Made by a program: the position numbers and the translations under genes. This document shows, one piece after another, positions 50,672 to 63,179 of a DNA stretch of 64,000 nucleotides (positions are counted from its first letter, which is position 1; each line of letters starts with the position of its first letter). This DNA comes from Azolla caroliniana (lineage: Eukaryota > Plantae > Polypodiophyta). The stretch spans positions 18,662,001 to 18,726,000 of the forward strand of contig JBHGNT010000012.1 of assembly GCA_043228905.1 (NCBI GenBank). The letters run 5' to 3'. The notes under the pieces were generated by a model that was not told the origin of the DNA, ran no database searches, and saw only the letters and a list, made by a program, of their open reading frames with translations.

Positions 50672-53600
50672 TTATTCCTCTTCCAATATGCCGATGATAT
50701 CCTCGGGGGCATGGGGTTAGTCTGGTGGCTCGGAAGGTGGGGTTTGGGATGGAAGTTTCATTGCCGAGTCGGGGATGGCTGTGTCGTAGTGTGCACCCTC
50801 CTCTGTTGGGACCGATTCAGGCAGGGTCGTGGTTGTAGTCTATGGCTCGGGTGGGATATCGAGGTCTGTAGGGGAAGGTTCCTCCGGTCTAGCTACCGTG
50901 GTGGGTGGCTCAGTTGGGATGTGAAGGTCTGTAGGGGCAGGTTCCTCCGGTCTAGCTGCCATGGTGGTTGGCTCGGGTCCTTGCTCGTTGGTTGTGGGAG
51001 TTCTGTTAATCCCGGTAGCGAGTTGTTCCTCCTCGTACGCTTCGGCTTCTAAGTGAAACACCATTAGATCGTCGTTGAATTCCTCCAAAAGTTGCTCGAT
51101 GGCCGTGGTGTGGGATGTTGCCAAGGTACGATATTCCTCAGTTAAGTCTTCATGGAGGGTCTGGATGTTGGTGTCATCCATCTTGTAAAACCCTAGGCCC
51201 TCCTTCCGTCGATTCTCGGCATCCGCACGTAGTATGTGTAGGTCCGCGGCTTGGGCGGACCACCCCTGCCAGACATGGTCAAGTGTGTCTTTGATCTTCG
51301 TGGTGAATTGCTGGTGATACTTGTTGATTAGGATCTTGATTTTAGTATTGTCCATGCCAATGCTAGCGCGGTGAACTTCCATTGCCTCCCTTGCGGCCTT
51401 GGCTTCTGCTTGGCTTTTGCGGACGAGGAGTGCTAAAGTAGCTTGCTTATCTTTTGCTTTTTCGGTGATGAGCGCGATTGTCTACTCATAACGTGTGGTG
51501 AGCTGAGCTACAGTTTCGTCCATGTCCTGTTGCCAAGCGTCCCAATGTTGTTCTCTAGCGGCGATGTGCTCGGTTTGCAACTGGTGATACACATCGGAAA
51601 TTTTTGCCCTTTGCTCTTCCGAGATCCTCCACTTCTGCATATGTTCGTTGGCCATGTCTTGTAAGGCCCTTTGATGACGTCGTAATTCCTGGTTGTCTGC
51701 GAAGAGCTCTTGTTCCCGTTGGCTATTCCGCTCTACTTCTTTGATGAAATGTTCTTTGGTCTCAGTGATAGCGACCTGAAGGGTCATCACCTCTCTTTCC
51801 CGTTCTTCAAGTGCAGCCGACTTTTCAGCAAGCAGTTGCTTGAGGTCAGCTTGTTCCCGTAGCTGGCCAAGAATGTTGTGGTGGTTCTGTTCTGCCAACT
51901 CGGCCAGAGCGATCTGGGCCTTAAGCTCCTCCTGGTAGTCCTGAAGATGAGGCCTTGTCTGGGTTGCCACTTGCTGGATTCGGGGAGAGGGTTCCCTGTC
52001 TGTCTGTGTAGATCGTTCCATGACGACTGGGGGTGGTGGCGTTTGCGTGGAGGCATGGCTGGTTTGGGGGTGCTGGCTGATATCTGCCCGTGACGATGGC
52101 TCGCTTGTCTATATCAAGTCTGTCATTGTGCTGGCATTGGCCGTGGCTACCTTGGGGTGAGCGGTGTCGTCTTTGTGTGCGCCGGTACCTGCAACACTCA
52201 GGCTTGGGTTCGGAGGAGTGGTTGGTGAGACAATGTCACTCGGCGTAGGGAGGCTTAAGGGCGGTTGTTCTGGATGTTGTTGCTTGAATGTCGCCAGTTT
52301 CTCCTTGGCGGCTTGCCATAGCTCGGTAGCCTGTTTGGCTTGCTGATGCGCCGTTTTGATACGTCGCGCCATGTCCTTGGCTGCCTGAGTAGTGTGGTGT
52401 AGATTGCGATATGCCTTGACTAAGGCCATGTTCAGATCTGGTAGTTCCATGAGGAGCGAAGCATTCTGTACTTGCTTCTTCCGTCGTATCTCCTGTAGGG
52501 CTCGTTCCTCGTGAGGTTCGATTTCTCCCATTAGAGCGCGTTGGATCATCTTTGTTTCGGCGTGCTCCTCGACCATACGAGCGGTGGCAGCTACTTGGGC
52601 GCGTGCGAGGAAATCCATTAACTCATATGTTGTGCCCAGTCGTAGTAGTGCACTAAACTCGTATGCCTCCGCGGGGAGATCTTTGTAACCAAGGACTTCC
52701 TCCTTTGATATCTGGGTGGTTTGTCCATGCTTGATCATACTGACTTGGAGCCATGACTCCGTTGGTACCATGTCCGTGGAGGTTGGGCTGGCCTCTTTTG
52801 ATTTCTGATGATGGTCGCCCTCGGTTTCTGTGGGTGACTCTCGAATGATGCGGTGTCGTTTTGGTGGCTGATCCTGTGCGTCCGGGGCCGGTGGTGTTGG
52901 CTCCTCGACCTGTTTCCTCTTTTGTTGCCGTATTGCCGAGGGCTGCTGGCTTGTGGGCCATGGGCTCGGTCGTGGAGAGGTCATTGATGTCCTTGGCATT
53001 TTCTGACGTATGGTGACATCCTCAGTGATGGGCTCCTCGGCCTTGTCCCATTCGACACGGGTCGTTGTTAACGCCGATTGTTTCTGTGTTTTTGGTGGGG
53101 GTGGTGCTGAGGCGGAAGTAGGGTTCCGAACGGCTGAGGGAGGTGGAGAAGGCGAGGGGTCTTCCCATTCTTCCTGGGTTAACACCAAGATCTTCTCCCG
53201 TTGTGTCCTTGGTGGTGGTGGAAAGGTCAGGATGCGACGAGGGGAAACTGAAGGAGGTGGGTAGAGGACTGCGAGGAAGTGATTGATCACATGCAACAAC
53301 CGCTTACCGGTTTGGAAGGATTCAAGCGCCGCACGGAATCCTTCGCCGGTGATGATTCCCCAATCGCTTTTTTCGCCTTCATACGCCCGGATGATGATGG
53401 AGGCTTTGTTCTGTGGCATACTCGTGGGATTGGTATGCACAAAGGAATATTCCATTAAAATCCGAGCGATTTCCCCAAAAGCTTTGTTTGGTCCTCCGTA
53501 AGTGCGGTAAGCTTTACCCGACATCCAATACATCCCAAAATATTCCTTGATGATCGAGTGGGGAGGGATTTCAACCTCATGGTCTCCGCCCCGTGCAAGG

Positions 53601-53764
53601 TCAAGAACCGCGCGAATCATGTTGTTGGATACTGTGTCAGGGTGTAGTTTGTGTGCTATCGCTGGGGCGTTAGGGTGCGCTGGGGTGTCGATGACCCGCA
53701 AGTACCCACCCAATCCCCATTGTTGTAGCCAAGAATGGGTTTCCTGTGATGCAGCAAGAGGCAT
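50672..53764 (-). pseudogene. H accessory ORF, ~1030 codons, in-frame stops only
   Basis: ORFs 52109-54055, 51482-52021 and 50840-51382 share one frame. Probable start MPLAASQ (53764); ends DIIGILEEE*. Confidence 0.82.
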
Positions 53765-54065
53765 GGTGGATGCGGAGGTTTGCTGGCAAGAGGTGTGGGG
53801 GTTAGCGATGACACGAGGGCGAGACAGAGAGTTGGGGGATCGCTGTTGGTCTATGCAAGGGCTACGAGGGTGAGAGGTAGGAGTCCGTTTGCAGGGGCGA
53901 TGAGAGTGAGATAGAGCTGCGGAGCTTGAAGACGGTGAAGGCAAGAACGCGTATGAGTGGGTGGGTGCGTTGTGTGTGGGGTAGTTTCTTTTATGAGACT
54001 GCATAGGGTTTTGTGTAGGGAGAAGATCTTTGAGATTCCTTGTCGTGGCTACCATAATAAGGTAT

Positions 54066-57000
54066 TGTCAGGAAGTACACGCTCCCGATGAACAACGCTT
54101 AGGCACCACCAAGCTTAGAATCAAACACAGAAAATGGGAATGAATGCATGACACAATGGAGAGAGGAGTACACAGGATGTTTATGTGGAAAACCCAAACA
54201 CGGGAAAAACCACGCAGTCCACTAACTGCTAACTATCACTATGTAACAATATACAATAGATGAACATAGAGGCAACGACCTCTTGTTCACTGTCTTCGCC
54301 ACAAGCGGCGGTTACAACAGAGATACGAACTCTTCGTCTCTTTCTCTCTCTCTCTCTCTCTGTACACTGTTGCGCTCTAATCTTACGCCAACAAGAATGA
54401 CAACAACAACTTTTACTAAGTTTGCCCTAAGTCATATTTATACTAATATGACTTTTCGGCTATTTACAAATATAGCCCCGATGGACTCTTAGAAAACATA
54501 TTTACGAATATGTCCCTTCATCCGGTGAGCACTTCTCACCGGGCCTTCACCATCCGGCTCTTGCCGGGTACTCGTCATCCGGTTCTCACCGGGTCTTCCT
54601 TGTCGGGTACTCGTCATCCAGTTCTCCTCACTTCCAATCCGGAGGGATCTGTTTCCTAACAAACTCCCCCTTCACTCCGGCATGGGCTGTCTTACTAGTT
54701 GGATCTGCTTCGGACATGCATCCAGCTTGTCGGGTATCAGTACTTTGGTCAGCATATCTGACCCGTTCTCGGCTGTGTGGATCTTCGTCAGCGCGAACTC
54801 TCGATCTTATACTCGCTCCCAGATCCAGTGATACCTGCGTTGGATGTGGTTCGTCTTGGAATGGTACGTTGCATTCTTAGCAAGGTGGATGGCACTTTGA
54901 CTGTCGCAATAGAGCCGATATTCATCTTGTTGGATACCGAGCTCTCTGATGAAGTCCTTCATCCATAATATTTCCTTGTCGGCTTCCACAGCCGCCATGT
55001 ACTCGGCCTCTGTGGTTGACAACGCAACCCTCTTCTGCAGCCTCGACTGCCACGAAATAGTTCCCCCTGCATATGTCATTACATACCCAGATGTAGACCG
55101 GTTGGTATCCACATCAACCGACATGTCCGAATCAGTAAAGCCGTCAAGTTGAGGTTTTCCGGAGCCGAATCGGAGACACATATTTGAAGTGCCCTTCAAG
55201 TACCGGAGTATCCATTTGACCGCGTTCCAGTGCTCCTTGCCGGGGTTGCTCATAAACCGGCTCACCACTCCGACTGTGTATCCTATATCCGGTCGGGTAC
55301 ACACTATTGCGTACATTAAGCTCCCGATGGCAGAGGCATATGGAACCTTCATCATATCAGCCTTCTCTGCTTTCGTCTTCGGGCTTTGGTTACTGGATAA
55401 TCTGCAGTTTGCCGGGAGTGTCGATCCGACCGGTTTCGCATCTAACATGTTGAACCGCTGAAGCACCTTTGTCACGTATTTCTCCTGTGACAGCCACAGT
55501 TGCTTTGTTGGCCGGTTTCAGCTGATATGCATCCCTAACATCTGTCTTGCCGAACCCAAGTCTTTCATCGCGAAAGTTCGGTTGAGAGCCTTCTTCAGCA
55601 TCCGTATTCTGGCTTGGTTCCGTCTGACGATCAACATGTCGTCCACGTACAGAAGGAGTATCAGGAAGTCACCTCCTTCGAACTTCTTCACAAACACGCA
55701 GTGATCGGACTGCGTCTTGTGGTACCCTTGATCGGCCATGAAGGAGTTGAACTTCCGGTACTATTGTCGGGGAGCTTGCTTTAGTCCGTACAGGCTCTTC
55801 TTCAACCGGCAAACCAGGTGCTCCTTCCCTTTCTCCACGAATCCTTCCGGTTGCTGCATGTAGATCTCCTCTTCGAGTCACTGTGAAGGAATGTCGTCTT
55901 CACGTCCAGCTGCTCTACCTCGATGTCCATGCTTGCCGCTATACTCAGCACCGTCCGAATGGAGGTCATCTTTACTACCGAGGCAAATATCTCGTCGAAG
56001 TCCACGCCCTTCTTCTACTGGAACCCCTTCACCACGATCCTGGCTTTGTATCTCGGGGGGTTTCCGGCATCTCCCGGTTTTAACTTGTACACCCACTTGT
56101 TTCGGAGTGCCCGCTTTCCTTTCGGCAACTCCACCAATTCGTACGTATGGTTCTAGTGCAGGGAATCCATCTCATCCTGCATGGCACTTAACCATTTGCG
56201 GTTGTGGGTGTCATCCTTCGCTTCTTCAAAGCTTTCTGGCTCCCCCTCATCGGTTAGCAGCACATGCTCTGCATCTGGAAATCTCCGGGGGGCCCTTCTC
56301 TCTTTGAGAGGATATCTCCGTCTTTGGGCTTCGATAACCGGCTCCTCCATTTTCTCTTCATCCGAATCTGATTTGGGGTCTTGGCCAGTTCCAGTTTCAG
56401 CTTCCTCTACTTCTTCTTCTGCCGGTTCGGTATCCTCACCGTAACCGGCTGTTTCCTCGAGTGCTAACCGGTCTCTTGCCAGTTGGGTTTGCTCATCGTA
56501 GAATCGATCCTTACCGGTCGACTCAGAGTTCATTATCTTCTTCTCCGACTCCCAGTCGGCAAGTGTCTTGTCCTCCATGAAGATAATATCTTGACTCCAG
56601 AATACCTTCTAGTCGACCAGGTCCCACACTTGGTAGCCAAACTCATTGTCGCCGTAACCGAGGAATATGCATGGCCGGGTCTTCGGATCTAGTTTTCCTC
56701 TCCGGTCCTTAGCTACATGCACATACGCAAGGCACCCGAATACCTTCAGATGCCGGTAGGACACTTCCTTACCGGTCCAGACTCTCTGTGGCGTGTCTCC
56801 GTCCAAGGGTATTGAGAGTGATCTGTTTATCACATATGTCGCCATTGACAGTGCCTCAACCCAAAACTTCTTGGGTAGTTTTGCATGCGCCAGCATACTC
56901 CGGAACCTCTCCATTATGGTCTGGTTCATCCTCTCGGCTAGCCCGTTTAGTTTTGGCGTCTTCGGCATGGTAAATTCGAGCCGGATTCCCTTCGAGTGAC

Positions 57001-58250
57001 AATACTCCTCGAACTGCCCCCGGTATTCACCTCCATTATTTGCTCGAACCGCCTTCAGCTTCCAGCCGGTTTCTCTTTCCACTCTCACGTGGAGCTCTTT
57101 GAAGATGGATAACACCTGATCCTTCGTCTTCAACGGTGTGGCCCACAGCTTCCGGCTGTGGTCATCTATGAACGTCACGAAGTACTGCGATCTGGCATGT
57201 GACTTCGTGTCCACTTGACATACATCAGTATGCACCAACTCCAGTGGTGCATTACGTCTCATCGGTGGCCCCGATTGGAAGGAGGTCCGGTTTTGTTTAC
57301 CGGCCAGACAATCAGTGCACTTCTCCAAGTGCACGTTCTTCACTGGAATGAGGTTGTCGTCTGCAAGCCTCTTCATCCCCTTCTCGCTCATGTGACATAG
57401 CCTCTTGTGCCACGACTCACCGGCAGTGTCAGATGCCACATTGACTTCTTTCGGGCATAATCGGGCATTCATCAGGTACAACGTGTTGACCTTCCGGGCC
57501 CGAGCCACAATCAGGCTCCCTTTGCTGAACTTCATAACACCGTTCTGGATGCTACCCGTGTAGCCTTCATCATCTAGCCGACCGGCTGATATCAGGTTCA
57601 GATGAACCTCCGGAACGTGTCGGACATCCTTCAGCAGTAGCTTGCATCCGGTTGGCGTTGTCAACCACACGTCTCCTATGCCGACAATCTGGCATGTACC
57701 TTCATTCCCCATCCGGTTGGCTGAGTAGGATGAGAAGTATTTCCGGTCCGGGGTAAGGTGGAACGACGCTCCGGAGTCGACCACCCAGGTCATCTCGTCG
57801 CCGGCAAGGTTTAGCTCACTCTCCTCGGTGATGAGCATCAACTCTTCTTCACTTGCCGCGATTGCCGTCGTTCCCTTCCGGTCCGCCCCCCTCCGGTCTT
57901 TACCGTTTTGGTCTGGTGTCCACTTCGAATCGGTGCCGTCGGTTTCCTTGTCCTTTCGGAAGTGTCCCCGACTTCTCCCAGTTTTGGGGACTACGGTTCC
58001 TTTGTTTTCCGCGTTCCGATTTGGTAAGGAGTGCTTTAGAGTCGGAGTTCATATCCTTATCTTTCTGACGCGCCTCCTCATCTAGCAAGCTCAACTTCAG
58101 TCTTGCTAGGGATAACCGTTTCCCTTCCGGCCCGGCGTTGCCCAAAGTGACAACCAACGTCTCCCAGTTATCTGGGAGGGAACCGAGCAGGAGTAGCGCT
58201 AGTACCTCATCTGCGAGAGGTACTTCCAATGATGTTGCCTGGTGGATCAG
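54066..58250 (-). mobile_element. Copia I (Copia D relative), 5'-truncated and decayed
   Basis: 3' LTR 54066-54661, PPT 54664-54673, RH/RT/INT/PR/gag fragments closely similar to Copia D. Confidence 0.92.
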
Positions 58251-60771
58251 CCCCTCTAATAAATGTGTGTGGCTTAGTAGTCACATCCACCGGTTCGTGT
58301 ACAAAGTATCCAGTCACGTGTCCATCCGTGTAGGGGCCGGTTTACGCGCTTTCTCTTCCGTGGCGCGCATCGTTGCCCGTATCTTCCAGCCATGCTTGGT
58401 GTTGATCGGTCATTTACCCTTCTTGTAGAAATCCATGGACATCACGTTGATTACGCCACCACCGGTTCCAGAACGTTGCCGATTAGTACAGGGGTTTCCG
58501 TAGTCGCCCTGGCCCAATGTGGCTTCGTGTAGTGGCTTCCCGCTAGCTCATCTTCCAGGGCTCCGTCTTCCAGGTGCGTGGTCCACACTTCCACTGGCTT
58601 CTCCGGTTCCGGCTCCGTCGAGAGCCTCTTCCGCTTCACCAAGTCTACGATAGAGTCGTGGAACTATCTCTTGGCGATTCCCAGCACCTCCCGCAATGAC
58701 AACTCCACTTTACTGTCGAGGATTCACTCTTCAAGGACCTTCCGTTGCTCTCTCGATTTCGGTGCTCAACCGAAACCCCGCTTGCTTCTTCCCATCCGGC
58801 ACGTCTGGGTTGCCAGCACCGGTCGATTTTGGTCCGAACCGGGTCTCATACCTGGGGGGGCCAACCCCTCCGGCCTTTCCTGCACGTTTGTCCTCCACCA
58901 GAACCTCGTAGTTCTGGCAAGTGGCTTCTACGAAGCCCGTTTTCTCTTCCACCAGATCGTCCCAACCGGTGACCTCCAGGACCCGCTGTTCTGCGTGGTC
59001 CGCCTCTTCCTTCCTCAACCGAACTCCGGAGAGGCCTTCTAGCACTAGCGGCCAAAATCCGGAGTCCTTCGCCTTCCAGGTCTCATCACCCCCGACCCGA
59101 ATTCCCGCCGACACTGAGTAGTTAACTGCTTCGACGTGCCGTGCCGCGGCCTCTTCCATCAACCTCTTCATTCCGCCGCGCCCCTTATTCAGTTCCAGGG
59201 CTCTCCGGGTCTCGCTCGCATGCACCCACCCATTCCAGAGGTACACCACGTTGGTTCTGAGCGCGTCGGCGAAATCCGCGCAGTCCTTCCGAATGTAACC
59301 GATCGCGTCACACCACATGCACCGCTGCCCAGCCGACGGCCTTCGGTTGCGAGGTTGTTCACCGCTGTCTCTTCGGGCCTGTGCGATCTGCAGGTCGCGC
59401 ACCATCTGTGTTAGCTCCTCTAGAGCTGCTCCTCCGGATGGGCCTCTGACCACGTCGTTCGATGCCGACCCCGACTCCGGCCAGATTCGGGTCTCTTCCT
59501 TCCTCCCAGTCGGCACCGAAACCGGCTCCTCGAGCCTCCTCCCCGGGACCGGCCCCGACCCCGACGTGCTTCTGTCGCTCCAATCGCGCCGTTTGTCGAA
59601 ACGGTTGCAGACCCGTTTTACCACGGCCTAGTCCGTCGTGAGCCCTTCGTCCGTTTCCAATACGGGCCCCACCTTTCCCTGTCGAGCGCATCCATGTCGA
59701 GCACCGTCCAGTCCAACGTTGACAGCCGCGCAAACCATTTTTTGAACTCCTGGAGGAGCACTGACGTGTTCCTCCCTTTTCTGGGGTTTTCCACCCACGC
59801 CATGAAGTCCCGCCTTGACAGCCGGAGCGAGTCGTCAAACCCATACTTCTCGAGGAGCTGCAGCTCGAACTCCTCCCAAGGCTGGCATCCGGCCAGCACC
59901 TCGAGCACCTCCGCATGGATGCCCGACGTCACCACCCAAGGGAATCCGGATAGCCGCCTGTCCACCGGGATATCCCTCATGATCATTTCGGCCCGGTAAG
60001 CCTCCAAATAACTTGTGGCGTCTTTCCCTCCGAAACGGCCTATAGAGCCGACGATCGATTCAATGGCTCTGTCGAGGGTACCCGTTCCCTCACGAGCGCT
60101 CACCAGCCGGTCGACGGCCACCGCCATTGCCTCTGCTAGCTCCAATCCCCTCATCTTTCGACTCCTTTGCTGCCCTTTCACGTCAAATTCACCAATGATG
60201 TCGCGTTGTTATGTGCGTACGTGTAGAAAGGGGCGGGACCACGGGGGTCTTGGACCGAGAAGCGAGAGAGAGGGAGACAGAGAGAGAGAAAGATTCACCG
60301 ACATGTAGAAGCGAGAAAGAGAGATATAGAACGTAACACTTAATTATAATGACAGAGATTACAAACTCCGACAGTTACAACCGACAAAGCGGCGACGAGA
60401 CTCAAAGCAACAAAAGGGGAAGGGGAGCGACTCTGCTGGAAGCATACGGGCTGTCCACGAAGCAGAGGCAGCGACCTCCCGACACCCGCAGAGAGCGACG
60501 ATTCGAGTCCAAGAGAGAGAGCTCCGCCTTCCGTTCTGCACCAACCTCCTCCTTCCTCCTCGCGCGCGATATCTGGTTTTCTCTTCTCCTCTTGCCTTTA
60601 TTCCCTGTCCCCCTCTGGGATACGCACAATCCCCCTCTAATAAATGTGTGTGGCTTAGTAGTCACATCCACCGGTTCGTGTACAAAGTATCCAGTTACGC
60701 GTCCATCCGTGTAGGGGCCGGTTTATGCGCTTTCTCTCCGATTCCGCCTATGACCGGTTTTCTTCACGACA
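58251..60771 (-). mobile_element. family F element, internally deleted, inserted in H gag
   Basis: 5' LTR 60199-60771, Trp-type PBS TGGTGAATTTGACGTGAA (60177-60194), gag 59618-60181 and 58731-59624 (CMWCDAIGYIRKDC), protease remnant, 3' LTR fragment 58251-58358. Confidence 0.88.
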
Positions 60772-62162
60772 CCATGGTCTGTGGTTGGGCATTGGGTAGC
60801 GTAGTGGCCGGGTTGGTTACACTTAAAGCAGATAACGGATGCCGAGTTGCTGGTGTCACCGTGCTTAGTGTGTGGGAAGGGTTGTGATTGGTTCCTCATC
60901 GCTTGGGTAGGCGTGTTGGCACCTGGCACAGTGTGCACTGCGTTGGGAGGGGGGTCCCGACAGCGATTGTTCCGCGGACCTCAATAAGAGTTTCGTCGCT
61001 CATTTCGTGCATACTGTTGATCGTACTGGTCCTCCCGGTCGTCGTCATACCGATCGTACTCATTGTTCACTCTATATTGGTCATCGTGGTACTGGTCACG
61101 CTCGTCCGAACTCCTACCATTGTCGTGGCGGTACCGGTCGTCGTGGCAGCGGTAGTCGTTGTCACGGCGCTGGCGATCCGGGAATCGTGGTTGCTCGTTT
61201 GCCCGATGTCGGTATGACTGACGTTCATCCTTCCGGGAGTACGTATTGCGCAGCTCGATTTGGCGAACCGGAGCCGTCATTGTGTGGTTGAGCATGTTGT
61301 ACTCACATTGTGCGATCGTGTGAGCTCGGGATTGACATATGGGGCAGTGTGGCCGGTGAGGGCACTCAATAGCTAGATGGCATGAGCCTGAGCAGGCCGT
61401 GCATTGAAGGGAATGTTGGAAACGATTGTCCTCCTGAGGAAGGGAGCTTTGCAAAGAGCCTGTGGAAAAAACTGTGGTATGTTGTGTCCGATCGATTGCA
61501 AGGACGCGTGTGATGACTTGCTTGATAGTCTGGTTGGACAAATCTGTACGTGTGAGAGTCATTCGTAGAGGCTCTCGTAAGCTGGATAGGAAGGTATCCG
61601 GAATGGGAAGAGCGGGGACATCGTCGGCCAGCTGTCGGTAGAGATCCTGAAACCGGATCGTGAACTGGGAGACCGTCTCGTGAGGTTCTTGGCTCATGGA
61701 AAAGAATTATCGGAGTAATTCCCGCTTCGGAACTTGGCGGTGAAATAATTGTGGGAACTTTGTCCAAATGTCCTGGAACGTTGTGACCTCTCCCATGTCG
61801 AGGCGGGAGTACCATCGAGCAGTCAGGCCATCGAGGGATAAAGCAAATTCCGCGAGTTTGGAGGCCTCGATTTCGGCAGCCGATAACCGCTGCGTCGAGT
61901 GGTTGGCTTGCCATGTGGACACGAATGCCCGGGTGTGTGATTTTGCATCGGGGCCGTCAGTATACCGTGGGTAAGGGTAAGGCATGGTATCGAGATCCGG
62001 GTCCTCAGGTAAAACCGGAAAAGGGTTAGGGTCAAGTTGGGTGACCTCTGGAGGGCTCGGCGAGGAAGTTGGTGCGGAATCAACTCGCGACTGGGTATCA
62101 AGTGGCGAGGATTGCAACCGGTGAGCCTCCGATAGTTCCTGGAACGATTGGTCAATAACCGC
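60772..62162 (-). pseudogene. gag: H gag
   Basis: AFVSTWQANHSTQRL...KLAEFALSLDG is homologous to G gag; knuckles CTACSGSCHLAIEC, CPICQSRAHTIAQC, CFKCNQPGHYATQC. Confidence 0.88.
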
Positions 62163-62528
62163 CGATTTACGAGTACAGAGAGAATACACATATAGAATAT
62201 TAGAAAACGAAACTTATATTAAATGATAGAGCTCCCAGTGAGTACAGTACTCGGCTCTCACCCGGAAACAGTTAGTGCAGAACTTGCTGCTAGGATATTA
62301 CTCTCGCTAAGAATGATCTAGATACTCCCCCCCTTGAGGTACGCATAACTCGGGTTATATATAGTTTTCCCTTTCAGACAGAGCCGAGCCATCGGCTGAT
62401 TGTGAGGGCTAAAACACAACTATTTCTAGTCTTACCTATTTCCTCACTTGCTCTTCTACCTAACGACAAGTTTACATAATATATTTATATTTCTGGCCTA
62501 TGGACAACAGATTTGACGTACAAGGTAA

Positions 62529-62546
62529 TGTCCCACGGGCGTGCCA
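62529..62546 (+). promoter_or_regulatory. tRNA 3'-end-like sequence at the PPT position of G
   Basis: TGTCCCACGGGCGTGCCA, then TG, then the LTR TGTTAAC. Confidence 0.8.
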
Positions 62547-62548
62547 TG

Positions 62549-62986
62549 TGTTAACAAGCCGGCAAGGAAGTCCAGAATGGAAGAAGGGGAGAGCTGATTA
62601 TATATATATATATATATACAATTATTATGATTTGAGAAGCGAGCGGATGGACTCGGAATCGGTATGCCGTTCCGGATACGGACCGGTTCGTAGCCGGTTG
62701 CCGGTTGGCACCGATTTGTACCTAGAGCCGAAGACCTATAAAAGGGCCCAGTGAGATTGTAATCATTAGCAGATAATTAATAAGAGTGTTGTTGTTCTGT
62801 ATCTTAATCAGGTTAATTGTCGTTCGGTGCTAAATATAATTCATCTTACGCGTGTATTGTGACTAATAATCCTGCCGCTTAGTAACCAATTAGGGTTTCA
62901 TTAATAGTTGGTCCAACTTTATCTCACCGCAACACCCCTTTGGTGAAGTGTCTCAAGGGACACCATGTGTTAGGCCATTGTTAACG
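62549..62986 (+). repeat. 3' LTR of G
   Basis: Aligns with 40970-41430, has a small deletion near its end, and is followed by the TSD TGCCG. Confidence 0.92.
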
Positions 62987-62991
62987 TGCCG

Positions 62992-63179
62992 GAGAAGACT
63001 AGCCTGCGCTTATCTTTCGTTCTCTGGATCGTCATTCGCTCCAAACCAGTCGTCGTCGCTATCCATGTCCTCTGGGTCTGGTTTGTCTTCGTTCCATTTC
63101 TTGAATGCATTGATCCTCTTCCCAGCCACCGGCACAACTATTCTCGTTCCGTCGAGCTTCGCGAGATGGTAGGTGACGT
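62992..63179 (-). pseudogene. family F integrase C-terminus
   Basis: NVTYHLAKLDGTRIVVPVAGKRINAFKK plus an acidic tail; continues the element at 40269-40969. Confidence 0.75.

Larger units (their letters stand above)
50101..62509 (-). mobile_element. gypsy element H (G lineage), inverted within the G 3' UTR; pol lost by deletion
   Basis: 3' LTR 50101-50539, partial 5' LTR 62163-62509, minus-strand TATA, gag and accessory ORF. TSD is imperfect (GATCG / GATTT). Confidence 0.85.
40970..62986 (+). mobile_element. non-chromovirus gypsy element G (Athila/Selgy-like) with nested insertions
   Basis: LTRs 40970-41430 and 62549-62986, TSD TGCCG (40965-40969 / 62987-62991), gag-PR-RT-RH-INT, then an extra ORF. 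Confidence 0.9.

Noticed and set aside
50672-54055. env gene or host gene
   Set aside because: No signal peptide or transmembrane helix is evident. It lies between the element LTRs and has a homologue in G.
41438-62546. Self-priming by pairing of the 3' tRNA-like motif with the G PBS
   Set aside because: Only TGGC/GCCA are complementary; the two sites correspond to different tRNA ends.
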